A DNA stretch of 63,361 nucleotides, counting the filler, from Neoconidiobolus thromboides FSU 785 (Eukaryota > Fungi > Entomophthoromycota): assembly GCA_025603075.1 (NCBI GenBank). It is 7 parts of 7 records of this genome, joined end to end, with 100 filler letters (N's around TTAATTAATTAA, not from the genome) between each part and the next. Parts side by side here need not be neighbours in the genome. Positions count along the whole stretch, not along the records: positions 16,413 to 47,312 come from MU626483.1; positions 47,413 to 52,656 come from MU626758.1; 5 more parts are not named here. The stretch is one strand, 5' to 3'. The position numbers were made by a program, and so were the translations under genes. This document shows, piece after piece, positions 36,822-50,359 of this stretch. How positions within the stretch are numbered: the stretch's first letter is position 1; each line of letters starts with the position of its first letter. Below the pieces are notes generated by a model, which was not told the origin of the DNA, did no database searches, and saw nothing but the letters and a program-made list of their open reading frames with translations.

Positions 36822-39186
36822 TTATTTTTTAAAGAAAGAAAACAAATTTCCGAGGACACCGCTATTATCTTCTTCAGCATTTTCAGTGGCAGCTGGAATT
36901 GAAGTTGAGGTTGAGGTTGAACCTTTGCCCATTAAGTTATTTAAGTGATTAAACAATAATGAGTTTTCATCTTCAAAATGATTAAATGCAAGATCAAACA
37001 CCATAGGCTTGCATGGAATAGGTAAAAGTTTGGGTGGTAAATCAATAAGATTAGGGGTATACTGATTATTGTTTAGCTTGAAATTAGGATATTGTTTTAA
37101 TTGCTGAGATATTGACTAAATATAGTAATTAATTTATTGTCATTATTATATATATAAATACTTACTAATAAAATTTGTTGATGACTTAAGTTTAAATTTG
37201 ATAAAGATTCAGCTAATAAATCTGTTTCATTTTCGGAATGGATAGCCCAAGTTGATTGAGCTTGTTGGGATAATGAGCGTATGATTTTTTCAAAATTCAA
37301 AGCATAGTCCATTGAAACTATGCAATCTAATTTATATTCAGATTGAACAGAATCGTTATTAGACACCAAAAATTGAGAAAATGAGGATGAGGAATGTTCG
37401 AATAAGGAACTAGCTTCCAAATATTTTTGTTCATTCAAATAATACATTCCCATGAATGTTTGACTTCAAAAATTAAATATTTCTTAAACTTAAATATAAA
37501 AATACCTAACACCTTTAAAATAAGCTAATTTTGCTTTGACCCATTGTTCAAATTCATATTCCTCTTGGAAAAAAGGAGCATTTGAAATATTATCCAAAAC
37601 CTATCAAACAACCGACATTGACATTATTTATAATAGCAATAATATCAAAAACTTACTTGTATTATACCATTCAAAAGTTTAATGATATCTTCAATTCTAC
37701 CAGTGATTTTCAATTCTGGAGCAATTCCTTCATTATTAATAACGAAATACTCTTCAATTAAAAATAAATTTCTCAAAATCATTGCACTAAATTGTCGTTG
37801 ATGAACACATGCTTTAAGTAAACTTAAATTAGCACTTAATTCTGCTGATTTAGATGTTTGAATCCTTTCTGATGCAACCTAAATTATAAATATAAATAGT
37901 AAAATATAGTAAAATAATTACTTTGTCTTCTTCACTTAATTTCATAGCTATTTGTGTAGCATCAGAATAAGAAGATATAATTTTGTCATATAAATTCATG
38001 ACCTCGTCTTTAGAATTATTATTGTTGCTAAATAATTGATCTTCTGCCTCCTTTGCTGCAATCATTAACCTTGCTATTTCAGAACTTCTTAATTGAATAG
38101 TATGATGAAACCATTTAATATCGTTAACTTTCTTAGGTAAATCCGATTTCAAAGTAATGCTCTATTTAAAAATAAATCAGATACAAATACATAATGATAT
38201 AATTACTTCCAAATGAGACGAGAATTCTTTTAAATAACTCCCTTTTACTTTTGATACAATCTCTTTATTATATTCTTCTTCATTCAGTTCATCTACTTCT
38301 TTTTCAATATTATATAAACAAAACCGAATATTAGGCTCAATGTTATCAACCATTGAAAAATAAAGTGCTTCGTCTTGAGCATTACAATTTTCACCCTGTG
38401 CCAAATTTTCTAGAATGAATCTAAAATTTAGATTAGATTTGTTATTTTGAAAGGCAAATAATTCAATTACTTTGATGCTGTAAAATATTCTAAGCACTTT
38501 TCCCACTCCTCTTTTTCAAAATAGTAATATCCATTTATCATAGTTGTATAAGCCTAAATATTACATTTACGAAAATTATTTTATCTAAATTTTAACTTAC
38601 TTTGACTTCTAACACCTTGTTTACACTGAATAATTTATTACTATTGATAAGGTCTATAAATGAAGCAATATTTGCAGCCTTTCTAAGTCTTGATAATAAA
38701 TGGTTTCTTTTTCTAGAATCTTCTAACAAACTTGCTTTTATTTCCATTCCATAACTCCATGCTCGTTCACATAAGAATAACAAAAGTTCAAAATAGCTAA
38801 AATACTAATATTATTTAATAATTTAAGATTAATTTTAGTTTACCTTTTATTTTCACCAAATACCTCTTTCTTATCTTTTAATAAAGTGAGTTCGTCACTT
38901 ACTCTGTTTTTTTTTGGGCCTCCTTTATGCAATAAGCCTAAACCTTTTCTTAAACCATGTATTTTACGGGTACAATATTTTCTATTCAATTAATTATGTA
39001 TAAACGCTTAATGTTGTAATTTTACAATAGAGAATTACCTATATCGAGTATAATCTTGATGTCTTAAACCAAAAGAATTCCTAGTCTCATTTAGTAAGCC
39101 TAAAACTGCTTTACATCAACATATGTCATCTATTATTATTAATGATATTTACTTGGCTCATCGATTTTTTCTTGAATATTAGTCAT
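36822..39186 (-). CDS. SRP68: signal recognition particle subunit SRP68 (multi-exon)
   Basis: GLRHQDYTRYRKYCTRKIHGLRK, ERAWSYGMEIK, RLRKA, NIRFCLYNI, C-terminal PIACKPMVFDLAFN. Confidence 0.92.
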
Positions 39187-39541
39187 GGACATTTTACTTT
39201 TATTAAAAAGAAAGAATTTTTGTTTGTTTATAAAACTAGCTCTATGAATTTAACATAAAATTAACCAATGAAATTAATTTGAGTAGACTATGAACAGTTT
39301 AATATTATTTAGTAGTAATAATACAATAATATAATGATATGATATGAATTCAAAAATGATTGATGATAAATACCAATTTGTAATAACATTAGGTACCTTC
39401 ATTGATATACTTTTAACAAAGTATTTTAAATAAGGAAGTTCAATGTCACATTATTTCAATATTTTATTTTACTATTTTAAAATTATAAAAATAAAAATAG
39501 AAATAGACTTATAAATTTATTCTTTTTATTTAAATTAAAAA

Positions 39542-40447
39542 ATGGTTACAAATAGTGCTAATTCATCGTATGTAAAAACAAACAAACTAAATAAACAATA
39601 ATAATAGATTATTATAGGATAAGATCCACAAATACAATTAAAACATTATATAAGAATGCAAAAAAACCAGGCTCTAATTCTACAGCTTCAAAACAATATC
39701 AATTAAAAAAATATGCTGAAGCTACTCTGGGTCCACTATATTTAAGAGCCGCTGTACAGTTGCCACAAGGTGAAGATCTTAACGAATGGTTGGCAATGAA
39801 TAGTAAAATTAATTATAGGCTTTATTGACTTTATTTAACTATTTTATTAAAAAATAGCGGTGGATTTTTTTAATCAGGTCAATTTATTATACGGTACCAT
39901 GTCTGAGTTTTGTACAAAGAACACTTGCCCTTTAATGTCGGCTGGTACTAAGTAATCATCTTAGTAACGCCCTTATCCTATATTTATAATCTTTTACATA
40001 TTTAGATATACTTATAATTGGGCAGATGAAAGCACGAATAACCAACCAATTCCAGTATCAGCACCAGAGTATGTTGATAAATTAATGGCTTGGATCCAAA
40101 TCCAATTAGATGATGAAAAATTATTCCCAACTAAAACAGGTACTTTGCTTAATATTTATCTACTCTTTATTTATATCAGATTAGGCATTTCTTTTGGTAA
40201 AAATTTTTTACCTACTGTAAAAACAATATTTAAGCGTTTATATCGTGTATATGCTCATTTATATCACCACCACTTTGACCATGTGATTGTTTTAGGCCAA
40301 GAAGTACACTTGAATACTTCGTTTAAACACTTTATTTTTTTAGTGCAAGAATTTGACTTGATTCCAGATCAAAAAGAGTTAGCTCCAATGTTAGATTTAA
40401 TTGCTACTTTTGATCAAAGAGAGCCTCAGCCTAGCTCAAGTAGTTAA
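39542..40447 (+). CDS. MOB1: MOB kinase activator Mob1 (multi-exon)
   Basis: [73 protein letters not shown]. Confidence 0.93.
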
Positions 40448-40855
40448 TTCTTCAATAAACCAGTGTTCATTATATAAATAGACAAAAAGTGTATTGTGGA
40501 ATTATATTATAATTACTTAATAATGTAACTATTTTTATTCTAGAAAATAAACAAGTTATAGAAAGAATAAAGTTTATATTATATATAACAATTTCTTTCA
40601 TTAATGAATTAATTTTTAAATATAATAAATCTATTTGAAGTTATTTTGTAAATAAAGTACTTTATTTAATAAATGAAACTATAATTCATTTAAGATTTAA
40701 GATGTCAATTAATAATGGTTCTAAGTTAATTAATAGCAGTGGCATCAAAATAATTCTTGGTTTTTAATTGGTTTAAATTACTCCCATCCAATTCAACTAT
40801 AAAACATAAGATTTTCTTTTTTTTCTAGAAACATTTTAGAATATTTAAAAACAAA

Positions 40856-41160
40856 ATGAGTGTAAGTTAAAATCGAATATGAAAATACTTAACAATACTA
40901 AAAAATTTCATAGACTTACGAATTTACTGTAAAAATGACTTGCTCTGGCTGCTCCAACGCTGTTAACAAAGCACTTGGAAGATTAGAAGGTATTATTTTT
41001 TTAAAAAGATGAGTAGTTTATTAAAATCAATTTCGTAGGTGTTGACAAAGTCGATATTAACATGGAAGAACAAAAAGTAACTGTCACTACCAGCACTGCT
41101 ACCAAAGACCAAGTTTTTGAAGCAATCAAAAAAACTGGAAAGGAAGTTTCTGCTTTATAG
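40856..41160 (+). CDS. ATX1: copper chaperone Atx1 (3 exons; absent from ORF track)
   Basis: Spliced MSTYEFTVKMTCSGCSNAVNKALGRLEGVDKVDINMEEQKV...IKKTGK; MxCxxC and KTGK motifs. Confidence 0.95.
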
Positions 41161-41381
41161 TTATGTTTTAATAAATTCTAGTGAAATAATTAACTTTATT
41201 TTTATATCGTATTTCTATACTTTGTTCATATATTATCTCTTATCTATTATCACTATTATTTTGATATTTGATGTGAAAGTAAGGAATTTATAAACTTTGA
41301 ACTTTGAAAATGATGAAATTTTGCATTAAAAAATCGTCATTTCAAAAGAAACATTCTTACTTTCAAACTTTTAACACTAAA

Positions 41382-43492
41382 ATGGCATTATTAAATAAAG
41401 TAAAAAACAGTCAGAATGTATTGAAGTTAAGAAGTATAAATAATATTAGTAGTTGTTCAAATAAAAAGGTTAGTCTCAGCAATTGTATCTATAAATCAAA
41501 AATAGATCTATCCTTTTTAAAGACAAATAGACGAGGATTTAGTATTAAGAATTTTTTCTCACTAATTTCAAATAACATCTTTAATTCTGATAATAAAAAT
41601 GGAGTTAAAGCAATATATAACGTTGATAAGGATAACAATGTAGAGAATATAGATGATAACATAATAAATCATGATGACATTAATGATAAATCAGATGAAT
41701 TAGTTTCTATTTATAAAGAGTATCAAAATTTGACTTGGTATTTTCATCCTTCAGATAAATACGTATCAGTTGATTTACTACCGGAGGATAGTCTAAATGA
41801 ACAACTATTTTTAAATGACCCTATAATCTACAAAGGTAATTATAATACTCGATATTTGTACTAACAAGTTTAATTTATTTTATTTTAGTTATAGTATTAG
41901 ATGAAACATTAACAAAGGGAATAGATTTAGTTAAATGCCTACTGGACTCTCCGTTTGATAGTAATAATGATAGTAGTTTTAGTAGTACTTATAAAAAAAT
42001 AGATGAAAATAAGAGCATTCAAGAAGTTCAATTTACCCAAAAAGAAGTAAGCAACTCAAAGTTTTCAGACTATTCTCCACTTAGTTATATTAATGCGATA
42101 AATGATGGTACTAGTATAATTAATCAAACAATTTTAAAATGCAAACTTAATTCGAGTAAACTTAAAAATAATGATAAGCATATCGAAGTATGGCTAACGA
42201 AAGGATATGATGAATTAACAAGGATTGATAGAGTAAGAGATTATAGTATTGTTGTATTATCTAGTTTTGAGACGGCATTAAATTTGAGTTACTATTTAAA
42301 ACAAAACAGCTTAGCATTAGATTATTTAAAAGACAGTTTAATGATATTAGCTGATAAATGTGATGAAAATATACAAATTTCAATTCAAACTTTGTTCAAA
42401 CATAATTTTCCACATTTGAACATTGAGTTTTGTAACATAAATATCTCTAAAGGAAATAATGCTTATAGTTTATTAAAAGAATCCACATCCAATGCTATAG
42501 CTTATCAAGATAATTGGTTACAGTCTAATTTGTCATTATTAAAGGAAAAAGTATTTAACCGAAAGGATTTGAGTGATATGAAAGTGAATACATTTAATAG
42601 AAGAAAAGAATATTTAATTGACATATGTGAAAAAAATATACAGTCAAGGATTCAAGTATCTAAAGATATTATTAAGGAATGTGAAGCTATTTTAAATGAA
42701 ATGGAAAAAGCGAAACAAGAATTAAGTAATGAGATTAAACAATTAAATTTATTAAATACGCCTGAACAGAGTACTAGTTTAGTAGAGTTGATTAAGCAGC
42801 AAAAAATTACATTAAACGTTGGTAATTTAATAGCCAATTTCCCATTATCTTATTTTAAAGTGATAGCAAAAATGAAAGAGTCGAATTTTAATTTTAACAT
42901 TGAAAGCGAAGTTAATAAAATACAAAGCTATAATAACATAAAATTACAACACTTTTGGGATCAGAAAAGTAAGAAACTACAGGATATAACAAACAATAGA
43001 CCAACTTTAACTATAAATTATGTCAATTTAAACTTATTTCCTAATAAACTAAAAGATATCATTATCGTAATTAATAATTTAATAAGTAGTATCAAAGTGA
43101 TTGATGAAGTATCAAAGAAACAAGAAGAAATAATAACTAAGTCCATTATATTTCAACTATTATGTGTATCTTTTACGCAGCTTAGTCTATCTTACCCATT
43201 ACATCCCTCAGTAACACCTACCTTACTCATTACATCATCCATTATACTATCATTATTAAATGTAGTTTATTTTGTAAAAGAATGGAATAGTTATGGGAAT
43301 AAATTAATAGTTGATTTTGAAACATTAAATAATACAATAAATAATGAGTTAATTCAGTTACAACAAAATAATTTGATTAACCATGTCGATGTGCCTTTAA
43401 ACGAACTAATTAATACTCAAATCTTACCTTATCATTCAGAATTAATAGCTAAAATGAAAGTATTACAATCGAAACTTAAAAGTTCAAAATAA
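41382..43492 (+). CDS. putative mitochondrial membrane protein, MMC1-like (2 exons)
   Basis: Basic Ser/Arg-rich N-terminus; one GT-AG intron (~41834-41888) gives a continuous frame KVIVLDE...DLVKCLLDSPF through the 42284 ORF; coiled coil, then two hydrophobic segments followed by ..KEW. Confidence 0.55.
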
Positions 43493-43574
43493 AAGAATAA
43501 ACAATAATTTAAATTTAATTGTGTTATTTTATTTACTGTTTTTTATATTTTATCTATAAAAATAGAATCCTTTT

Positions 43575-45392
43575 TTAATATGCTTTTTCATGTATCTTTT
43601 GTGCACGACCAGATGGATCTTCAGGGCAACCCCAATCTTTTCTTGGGATCCAGCGTTCAACAGTATATTGAGATGATGGGTTAGTGAAAAGACGATCAAA
43701 GATGGTACGATACCAGTAAGCTTCTTTAGTAGTAGGGGTATCATGGCTCCATCTTTCTCCAGCTTTAGCTAGTTGTTCTTCTGTTACTTCTCTTTCAGCT
43801 CTTTCTTTTAAAGAGTCAATCCAAGAATATCCTACGCCATCTGAGAATTGCTCTTTTTGACGCCATAAGATATTATGTGGGAGATAAGGATGTTCAGGGG
43901 TATCAAAAGCTTTACGTAGAATATATTTTTCCATTCTTTGAAGTTCTGTTTTGATCATTTTCTCTTCAGGATCGATATTCATACAAAGATCTAAATAGTC
44001 GGTGTCTAAGAAAGGTACACGTGCTTCAAGTCCCCAGGCCATGGTAGATTTGTTAGCTCTTAAACAATCTGCTAAATGAAGGTTTTTAACTCTGGTAACT
44101 GTCTCTTCATGAAGATCACCTTTAGTTGGTGCGGCATGGAAGTAAAGATACCCACCAAATACTTCGTCACTACCTTCTCCAGAAAGCACCATCTTAACTC
44201 CCATAGCTTTGATTTTACGACTCAATAAGTACATTGGAGTTGAAGCACGGATAGTAGTTACATCATAAGTTTCAAGGTGATAGATAACATCTTCTAAAGC
44301 ATCATGGGCTTCTTCGATAGTAAATGTTAAGGCATGATGTTTAGTACCGATGAACTTAGCTACTTCTTGAGCTGCTTCTAAATCAGGTGATCCTGGTAAA
44401 CCAATAGAAAAGGAATGAATTTTTGGCCAGTTGGCAATAGCTGATCCATCTTCATCAGGTAAACCTAATGACTTTTCAGCTTCACGTGCAGCAATTGATG
44501 CAATAAGACTGGAATCTAAACCACCACTCAAGAGTACACCAAATGGTACTTCAGCCATAAGGCGGCGACGAACGGATTGTTCTAAACTTTCACGAAGTAC
44601 TTTAAGATCTAATGGAGTGGAAGGAACTTTAGAGCCATCTAACCAAGAAGGATTGAAGTAACGTTCAAATTTCCCAGTGTTAGAATCATAAATATGACCA
44701 GGTGGGAAGGATTTAATGTTATCACATGACTCTTGTAAAGCTTTCATTTCACTGGCATAGTAAAGAGTTTCTGGATGGGATGAGTGGAAACCATAGTATA
44801 AAGTAGTGATGCCGATAGGGTCACGCGCTACAATATGACGTCCATTTTTTGCATCAAAAAGAACAAAGCTAAACATTCCTCTTAAATGGTTTACTAATTC
44901 TGAGCCCATTTCAGCATACTAAACAACAGTTAGACTATTAATCAATTTAATATATATATACTTACTAAGTGAATGATAACTTCACAATCAGAATGAGTTT
45001 TGAAAGTAACCTCATTTTTTAATAATTTACGAAGCTCGATATGGTTGTAAATTTCACCATTGACAGTAAGGATAATAGAATCATCAGAATTAGTAAGAGG
45101 TTGAGAACCAGAATCTATTTATTATTAAGTGTAAAATAAATATAAAAGGAACAAATTGAAAAATATTAATATTACCAACACCAACAATAGCTAAACGTTC
45201 ATGACTAAATAAGTTGTTTCCTGAAACTTTACATCCACTCCAATCAGGCCCACGATGTCTTAAACTAAAAAATGTATTAGCTGTTATTATTATTATATAA
45301 ATATAATATTACAGTTTAGAGTGGCTTAAAGCCTTTGAACGAATATTTTCAATATCCGAGTAATAGTTAAGGATAGCAAAGATACCACACAT
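43575..45392 (-). CDS. ASN1: glutamine-dependent asparagine synthetase (4 exons)
   Basis: MCGIFA N-terminus (Ntn Cys), [53 protein letters not shown]. Confidence 0.98.
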
Positions 45393-46498
45393 CTAATTAA
45401 CAATTAACATTTGAAGTTTACTATAAAGCTATTTACATTTACTTTAATTTCTACTTTGATATAAGAGAAAAGCAAATGATTTTATTTATGATAATTTTAT
45501 TTTATACTTACATTATTATTGAGAATATTCTAAGGGTTCAGATATAATCATATAAAGTTTGCAAAAAGTGTCAATAATTCCCAAAGTTAGTAATTCTTCA
45601 CCTATTAACATCAAAAATGATGTAGCTTTATTCTACTTCACTCTAGATTAACAAGTGGTTTAAAATTAAGCTCGGGAATATTTAATATATAATAATAATA
45701 AATTAATGATAGCATATTAATATATGTTATTTAATGTATAGGTATATAATGTTTTATATCCCCTTATAAATGATAATAACAATTCGATTAAATATAACAA
45801 TCTATTTTTTATAGTTTGTCTTTGATAATTGATCTTATAGTTATAAATTATGACTCATTAAAAGTAACAATAGCATAGTAAATTTTATTGGCTAATAAAT
45901 CTCCTTTATTGAATAATAGCAACATTCACTAAAGAATAATAAATTAACATTATAATATGATGTTTATACATATTGTTATTTAAAACCTTTGCTTTCTGTT
46001 AGACTCTATCTTTGTAACCAGTTGATTTCAAACAAATTTTATACTTTCAAACTTGAAATAATACATGCATTTATTCAAATAATGTATTTTTTAATCAAAA
46101 TGCAAGAATAAAGCAGTTGAGATTTAATAAAATTAAGATGACTGAACCTTAGATTTATATATTACTTAAAAAATAAAAGCCACTATAATATAACTATTAG
46201 TTAATAGCTAATATTGAAAAATTTGAAGCTGTAACTATTTTATTTTATCGACTTTTGCTAAGCTGCTAAGAAAATTAGATTACTTCTATATACCCTCTTG
46301 AGCGTCACCAATTTTGCAAAATTTTATTTAGTTGACCTCTTTGAAGTGAATTTAACATAAAATAATATTTGACTGATAAAACTTCGAATAGTTGCTAACC
46401 AAATCAATTTTTGATCAGCTAAACTTTTTAGGCTTTACTGATCAAAACTACTTTCAGACTGGATAGATATGTCAGTCTTATTCGTTTAATGAAAAAAA

Positions 46499-46571
46499 TG
46501 GAGAACCCGGGCATCGATCCCGGTGCCTCTCGCATGCTAAGCGAGCGCTCTACCATCTGAGCTAGTTCCCC
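46499..46571 (-). tRNA. tRNA-Ala(AGC), intronless
   Basis: GGGGAAC-TAGCTCAGATGGTAGAGC-GCTCGCTTAGCATGCGAG-...GGGATCGATGCCC-GGGTTCTCCA cloverleaf, followed by a T7 pol III terminator. Confidence 0.97.
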
Positions 46572-46703
46572 GTGTCGTTAATTGAAAATGACATTATATA
46601 AAGCTAATAAATAGCCGATGAAAAAATTACGAAGTTTTGATATCGATAATATGGGTGTCTATTTAACTCATGTATAATTGTAGCATAAATTTAAATTTAA
46701 ACA

Positions 46704-46807
46704 ATATGGGGATGTGTTTTTTTGTCTAAGAATTTTACTAATAGCTTTTCGACTCAAATAGCGCTTAAAAAATAGAAGTGATAAAATCAAAAAACACATC
46801 CCCATAT
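46704..46807 (-). mobile_element. MITE family 1 copy
   Basis: Consensus match, ATAT/ATAT. Confidence 0.92.
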
Positions 46808-46979
46808 TTAAACTAGATTTTAAAATTTTACTTTTAAATATACTTATATATAAAATATAGTTAACTAGTTTTTAATTAATAAAAGAATATTATTAAATAA
46901 GCTGAAACTAGGTTTATAACCTTGTTAAAAAAAGCACAAAGTTTGATCTTATTTAAAAAACAAAATTATTTAATACAAT

Positions 46980-47060
46980 ATATGGGGTTGTCTGAATTAG
47001 TTTCATTATTTTATTCAATTTTTAAATATTTTGTATTTTAAAAACTTCGCTTAAAATTCT
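46980..47060 (+). mobile_element. diverged left end related to family-2/MITE termini
   Basis: ATAT-GGGGTTGTCTGAATTAGTTTCA versus GGGGTTGTCCAAATTGATTTCA (10553) and GGGGCTGTCCTAATTGGTTTCA (61763). Confidence 0.5.
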
Positions 47061-47412
47061 ATAAAATCACATCTTTTATTAAAACAAAAGTATCCGGACA
47101 CAGTTCCAAAATCATTCTATTATAGCTCATAATGTAAGTTAGTTGAATTTCTACTAGATCTTAAATACATATTTTTATAAAGCTTAATTGAGAAATATTT
47201 ATTATCAACTGCTTTATAACCAATATTGTAGATTTATTATCAAATAAATAAATTATTTTAATGTTATAATTACATTATTAATATATTGCCAAGTTAATAA
47301 ATAACTGCATGGNNNNNNNNNNNNNNNNNNNNNNNNNNNNNNNNNNNNNNNNNNNNTTAATTAATTAANNNNNNNNNNNNNNNNNNNNNNNNNNNNNNNN
47401 NNNNNNNNNNNN

Positions 47413-47489
47413 AACCCATAAACTTTGCTCATCATTTCAGCTACAGCCTCTGAGCCTGCGTCAATACTATGATCCATATTATTATCCAT
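47413..47489 (-). CDS. N-terminal fragment of a third DUF4203-like paralog (runs into gap)
   Basis: MDNNMDHSIDAGSEAVAEMMSKVYG resembles MDNG...PALDVGAEII; both share upstream AAAACAATAAAGTTTA. Confidence 0.5.
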
Positions 47490-47907
47490 ATTTTTATTAT
47501 CAATTCAGTATAATAAGTTAAACTTTATTGTTTTTATTTTTATTTAATTGGAATTATTTTCACATCCTTTTATATCATCTAAGTTTATTACTATTGTACT
47601 TTTTGTTTCTATATTTAATCTAGGACGACGTTTTACGTTTTTGAATTCTACATTAATAAATTAAAAATAAAGCTTATATAATGTTCCAAACATTGACCCC
47701 TAGTTTAGTTTAGTATTTATATGTTCCAAAACTACTTTGATTTAATATTAAGCTAACTTTATTGTTCTGATTTATACATAAATAATCCAAAATATCATGG
47801 TCAAAGTTAATATTACAAAGCATCAATAGCAGATATTAAATGAAACTTTTAGATAAATATTTCAAAGCCTGATATAAACTGATTAATATAAAAGCTCTTT
47901 CTTTGTT

Positions 47908-48013
47908 CTATGGGGATGTACTTTTTTATTCAAGTATTTTACTAGCAATCTTTCCCCTCAAATAGCGCTTGAAAAATGGAAAAAGTAATGAAACCAAAAG
48001 GAACATCACCCTG
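47908..48013 (-). mobile_element. MITE family 1 copy
   Basis: Consensus match. Confidence 0.88.
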
Positions 48014-48278
48014 TTCTATTACAAAAGTTTACAATAAATTAAATTCTTGATCAAGCATTTTTAGGTGTCTCATTCTTATTAATTAGAAAGAAAACGATGA
48101 ATACTTTTTGTTCATGTTCTTTTAGCATTCTAAGCAAGTATTTACATTTCGTTGGATTTTTATTATTAAACATATGAAATTAAAATAAGAAATAACTATA
48201 GTACCAATTAATTACATTATTGTGTAGTATAGATTTATTTGAGACTTTTAGTATAGAGGCTTTATTGAATATGAGTTA

Positions 48279-48378
48279 ATATGGGAATGTATTTTTTTAA
48301 GAATTCTACTGATAGCTTTTCCACTCAAATAGCGTTTAAAAAATAAAAAATGATGAAATCAAAGAAACATCACCATAT
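48279..48378 (-). mobile_element. MITE family 1 copy (first of a tandem pair)
   Basis: Consensus match; right ATAT shared with the next copy. Confidence 0.9.
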
Positions 48379-48478
48379 AGGGATATATTTAGTATTTAAG
48401 AATTTTGGTAATAATTTTTCATTCAAATAGCGCTTAAAAGATGAAAAAAATAATGAACCCAAAAAAATACTCCCATAT
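48375..48478 (-). mobile_element. MITE family 1 copy (second of a tandem pair)
   Basis: Consensus match, ATAT/ATAT. Confidence 0.9.
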
Positions 48479-49034
48479 ATTAAGCTAGTTGAGAATAATT
48501 ATAATATTTGCTGAAAAATAACATAAGTATCTAATTTTTTGATAAACGGATTTGCTCTTAACTTATAGTGAAACATATATGAAATTAGATGACTAAAAAT
48601 AACCCCTCTTTAACTTCTACCATCCCTAGTAATGTTTTAGTCAAACTAAATGTTGGCTATATACATCTGTATCATTAAAAATGAACTAGCTATAGCCCGC
48701 ATTTTTATTAATGAATAGTGTTTGAATCCCGAGTTTGGGAATAGTTAAAAATTCCTGCCTAACATATATTTTTAATACAACTGAAAAGCTATCGAAATCA
48801 ATAGAAAAAAATTATTTAGACAGTTAAATTTATTTGATTAAAAGTTGGAAAGCTGAGAGATGCAAACTTACAAAATGTTAAAAACTATTCAAATTATGTG
48901 TATAATATTAGGTATGATAATTCACAGTTTTCATGAGCAAGATCACTTAGTCAATTTTACTCTTTTTTTAATTAATTCGTGTTTTTATAACTGTTGTTCC
49001 TAGCTTATTTAACAGTTGATGGTTTTGCTAAAGC

Positions 49035-49141
49035 ATTTGAGGATGTTTTTTTTTATTTCATTACTTTTTCCATTTTTTAAACACTATTTGAGCAGCGAAG
49101 TTGTTGGTAAAATTTTAGGCAAAGAAAATACATCCCCATTT
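49035..49141 (+). mobile_element. MITE family 1 copy
   Basis: Consensus match, ATTT/ATTT duplication. Confidence 0.9.
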
Positions 49142-49849
49142 TCAAGTATAACATAGTAACACATAATACTATGAAAGAATTATGCGCATTATGTTGTATT
49201 TATTGAAGAAGTAAAGAAATCATTTAGTGAAACGGTTAGAGTACTAGAAATAAACTTAGATATAAGCAAACAATTGAGATTAATAACAACACTGATAAGA
49301 ACAAGTATAAATGCAATCATTTTTTACTATGATTTTGAAAAATTTTATTGGTTTTTTAATAGCTTGTATATGAAGTAACCTTAGATTAATATGTCTAAAA
49401 AAATGAAAAACGATTTGCTGCATAAAAATTCTCATTCTTAATATATTTATAATTTCTACCAACATAAAGATATATATGTTGAAGTTTGAAGTTTACTATA
49501 TTTTCGTTAACTGCCATCACTATGGCTTACTGACATAGACAAATTCCACCGTTTAACGCCTTATCGATAGTATTGTTCCTCTGGATGTTCGTTACTATAT
49601 ATCTTTACGTGCATTTCCTCCTTACATCATTCAATCCATGCTTTCTAATATTTTAAGAACTATTTGCCCCAATAAAACTTTAGTACTCAAGAGATTATGG
49701 ACAACCCGTGGCAGTTTTGTTTCTTTACCTTATAGCCATAAACACGCTTCCGCTTACCTTCTGAGTCCATTCATTCTCACAAACCAAAGAGTAGCTCTCT
49801 GAGGAACTGAAGCTTGATGGACCGTATGAACCTTCTTTAGCTCTATTAG

Positions 49850-49925
49850 GGAGGTAAATACCTAAATATAATTCTTCTTTTCTAAAGGTTATCCATTAAC
49901 AGGTAAACATCCCTTAAACCAGTAA
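49850..49925 (-). mobile_element. possible Tc1/IS630/pogo-type DDE transposase remnant
   Basis: GLRDVYLLMDNL*KRRIIFRYLPP** resembles LLMDN...YLPP motifs; spacing is shortened and there are stops; lies in a GC-richer island at ~49500-49925. Confidence 0.35.
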
Positions 49926-50359
49926 CTTAACTATTAAAAAATTTTGTTGTTACAAACAAAGTATATGGGACTAAAGTCTTTTAATAAAAAAAAGTTTATT
50001 ATGTTATAAAACTAATATTTTTTTAATTCAATTGTTTTGAAAAAATTGAATAAACTAGTAAAAGCCATTTTGAATAGAAGTACATTTAGTTTATTTAGTA
50101 TATATCAAATTTTATAGATGATCCAAAGCCCTCTTTTATAGATAATATGAAAACGTTCTTCATTGAATAGATAACAATTTTTAAAGAGTGTAATGGTATG
50201 CTAAGAACGCCACATACTAAAGCAAATATATTAAGCAGTAGGTTGTAAAGACGTTTATAGCCAGAAAATGTAGCTAAATTAGCCTCGAAAAACCAAGTAG
50301 ATCATTTGAATCTAATACTTTTTCGAGGTTTATTATATTAAAATTTTGTCTAATCAATT

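Noticed and set aside
48279-48478. Repeated ~100-bp units as a CRISPR-like array
   Set aside because: Eukaryotic context, no repeat-spacer periodicity, no cas genes; the units are dispersed MITEs with TSDs
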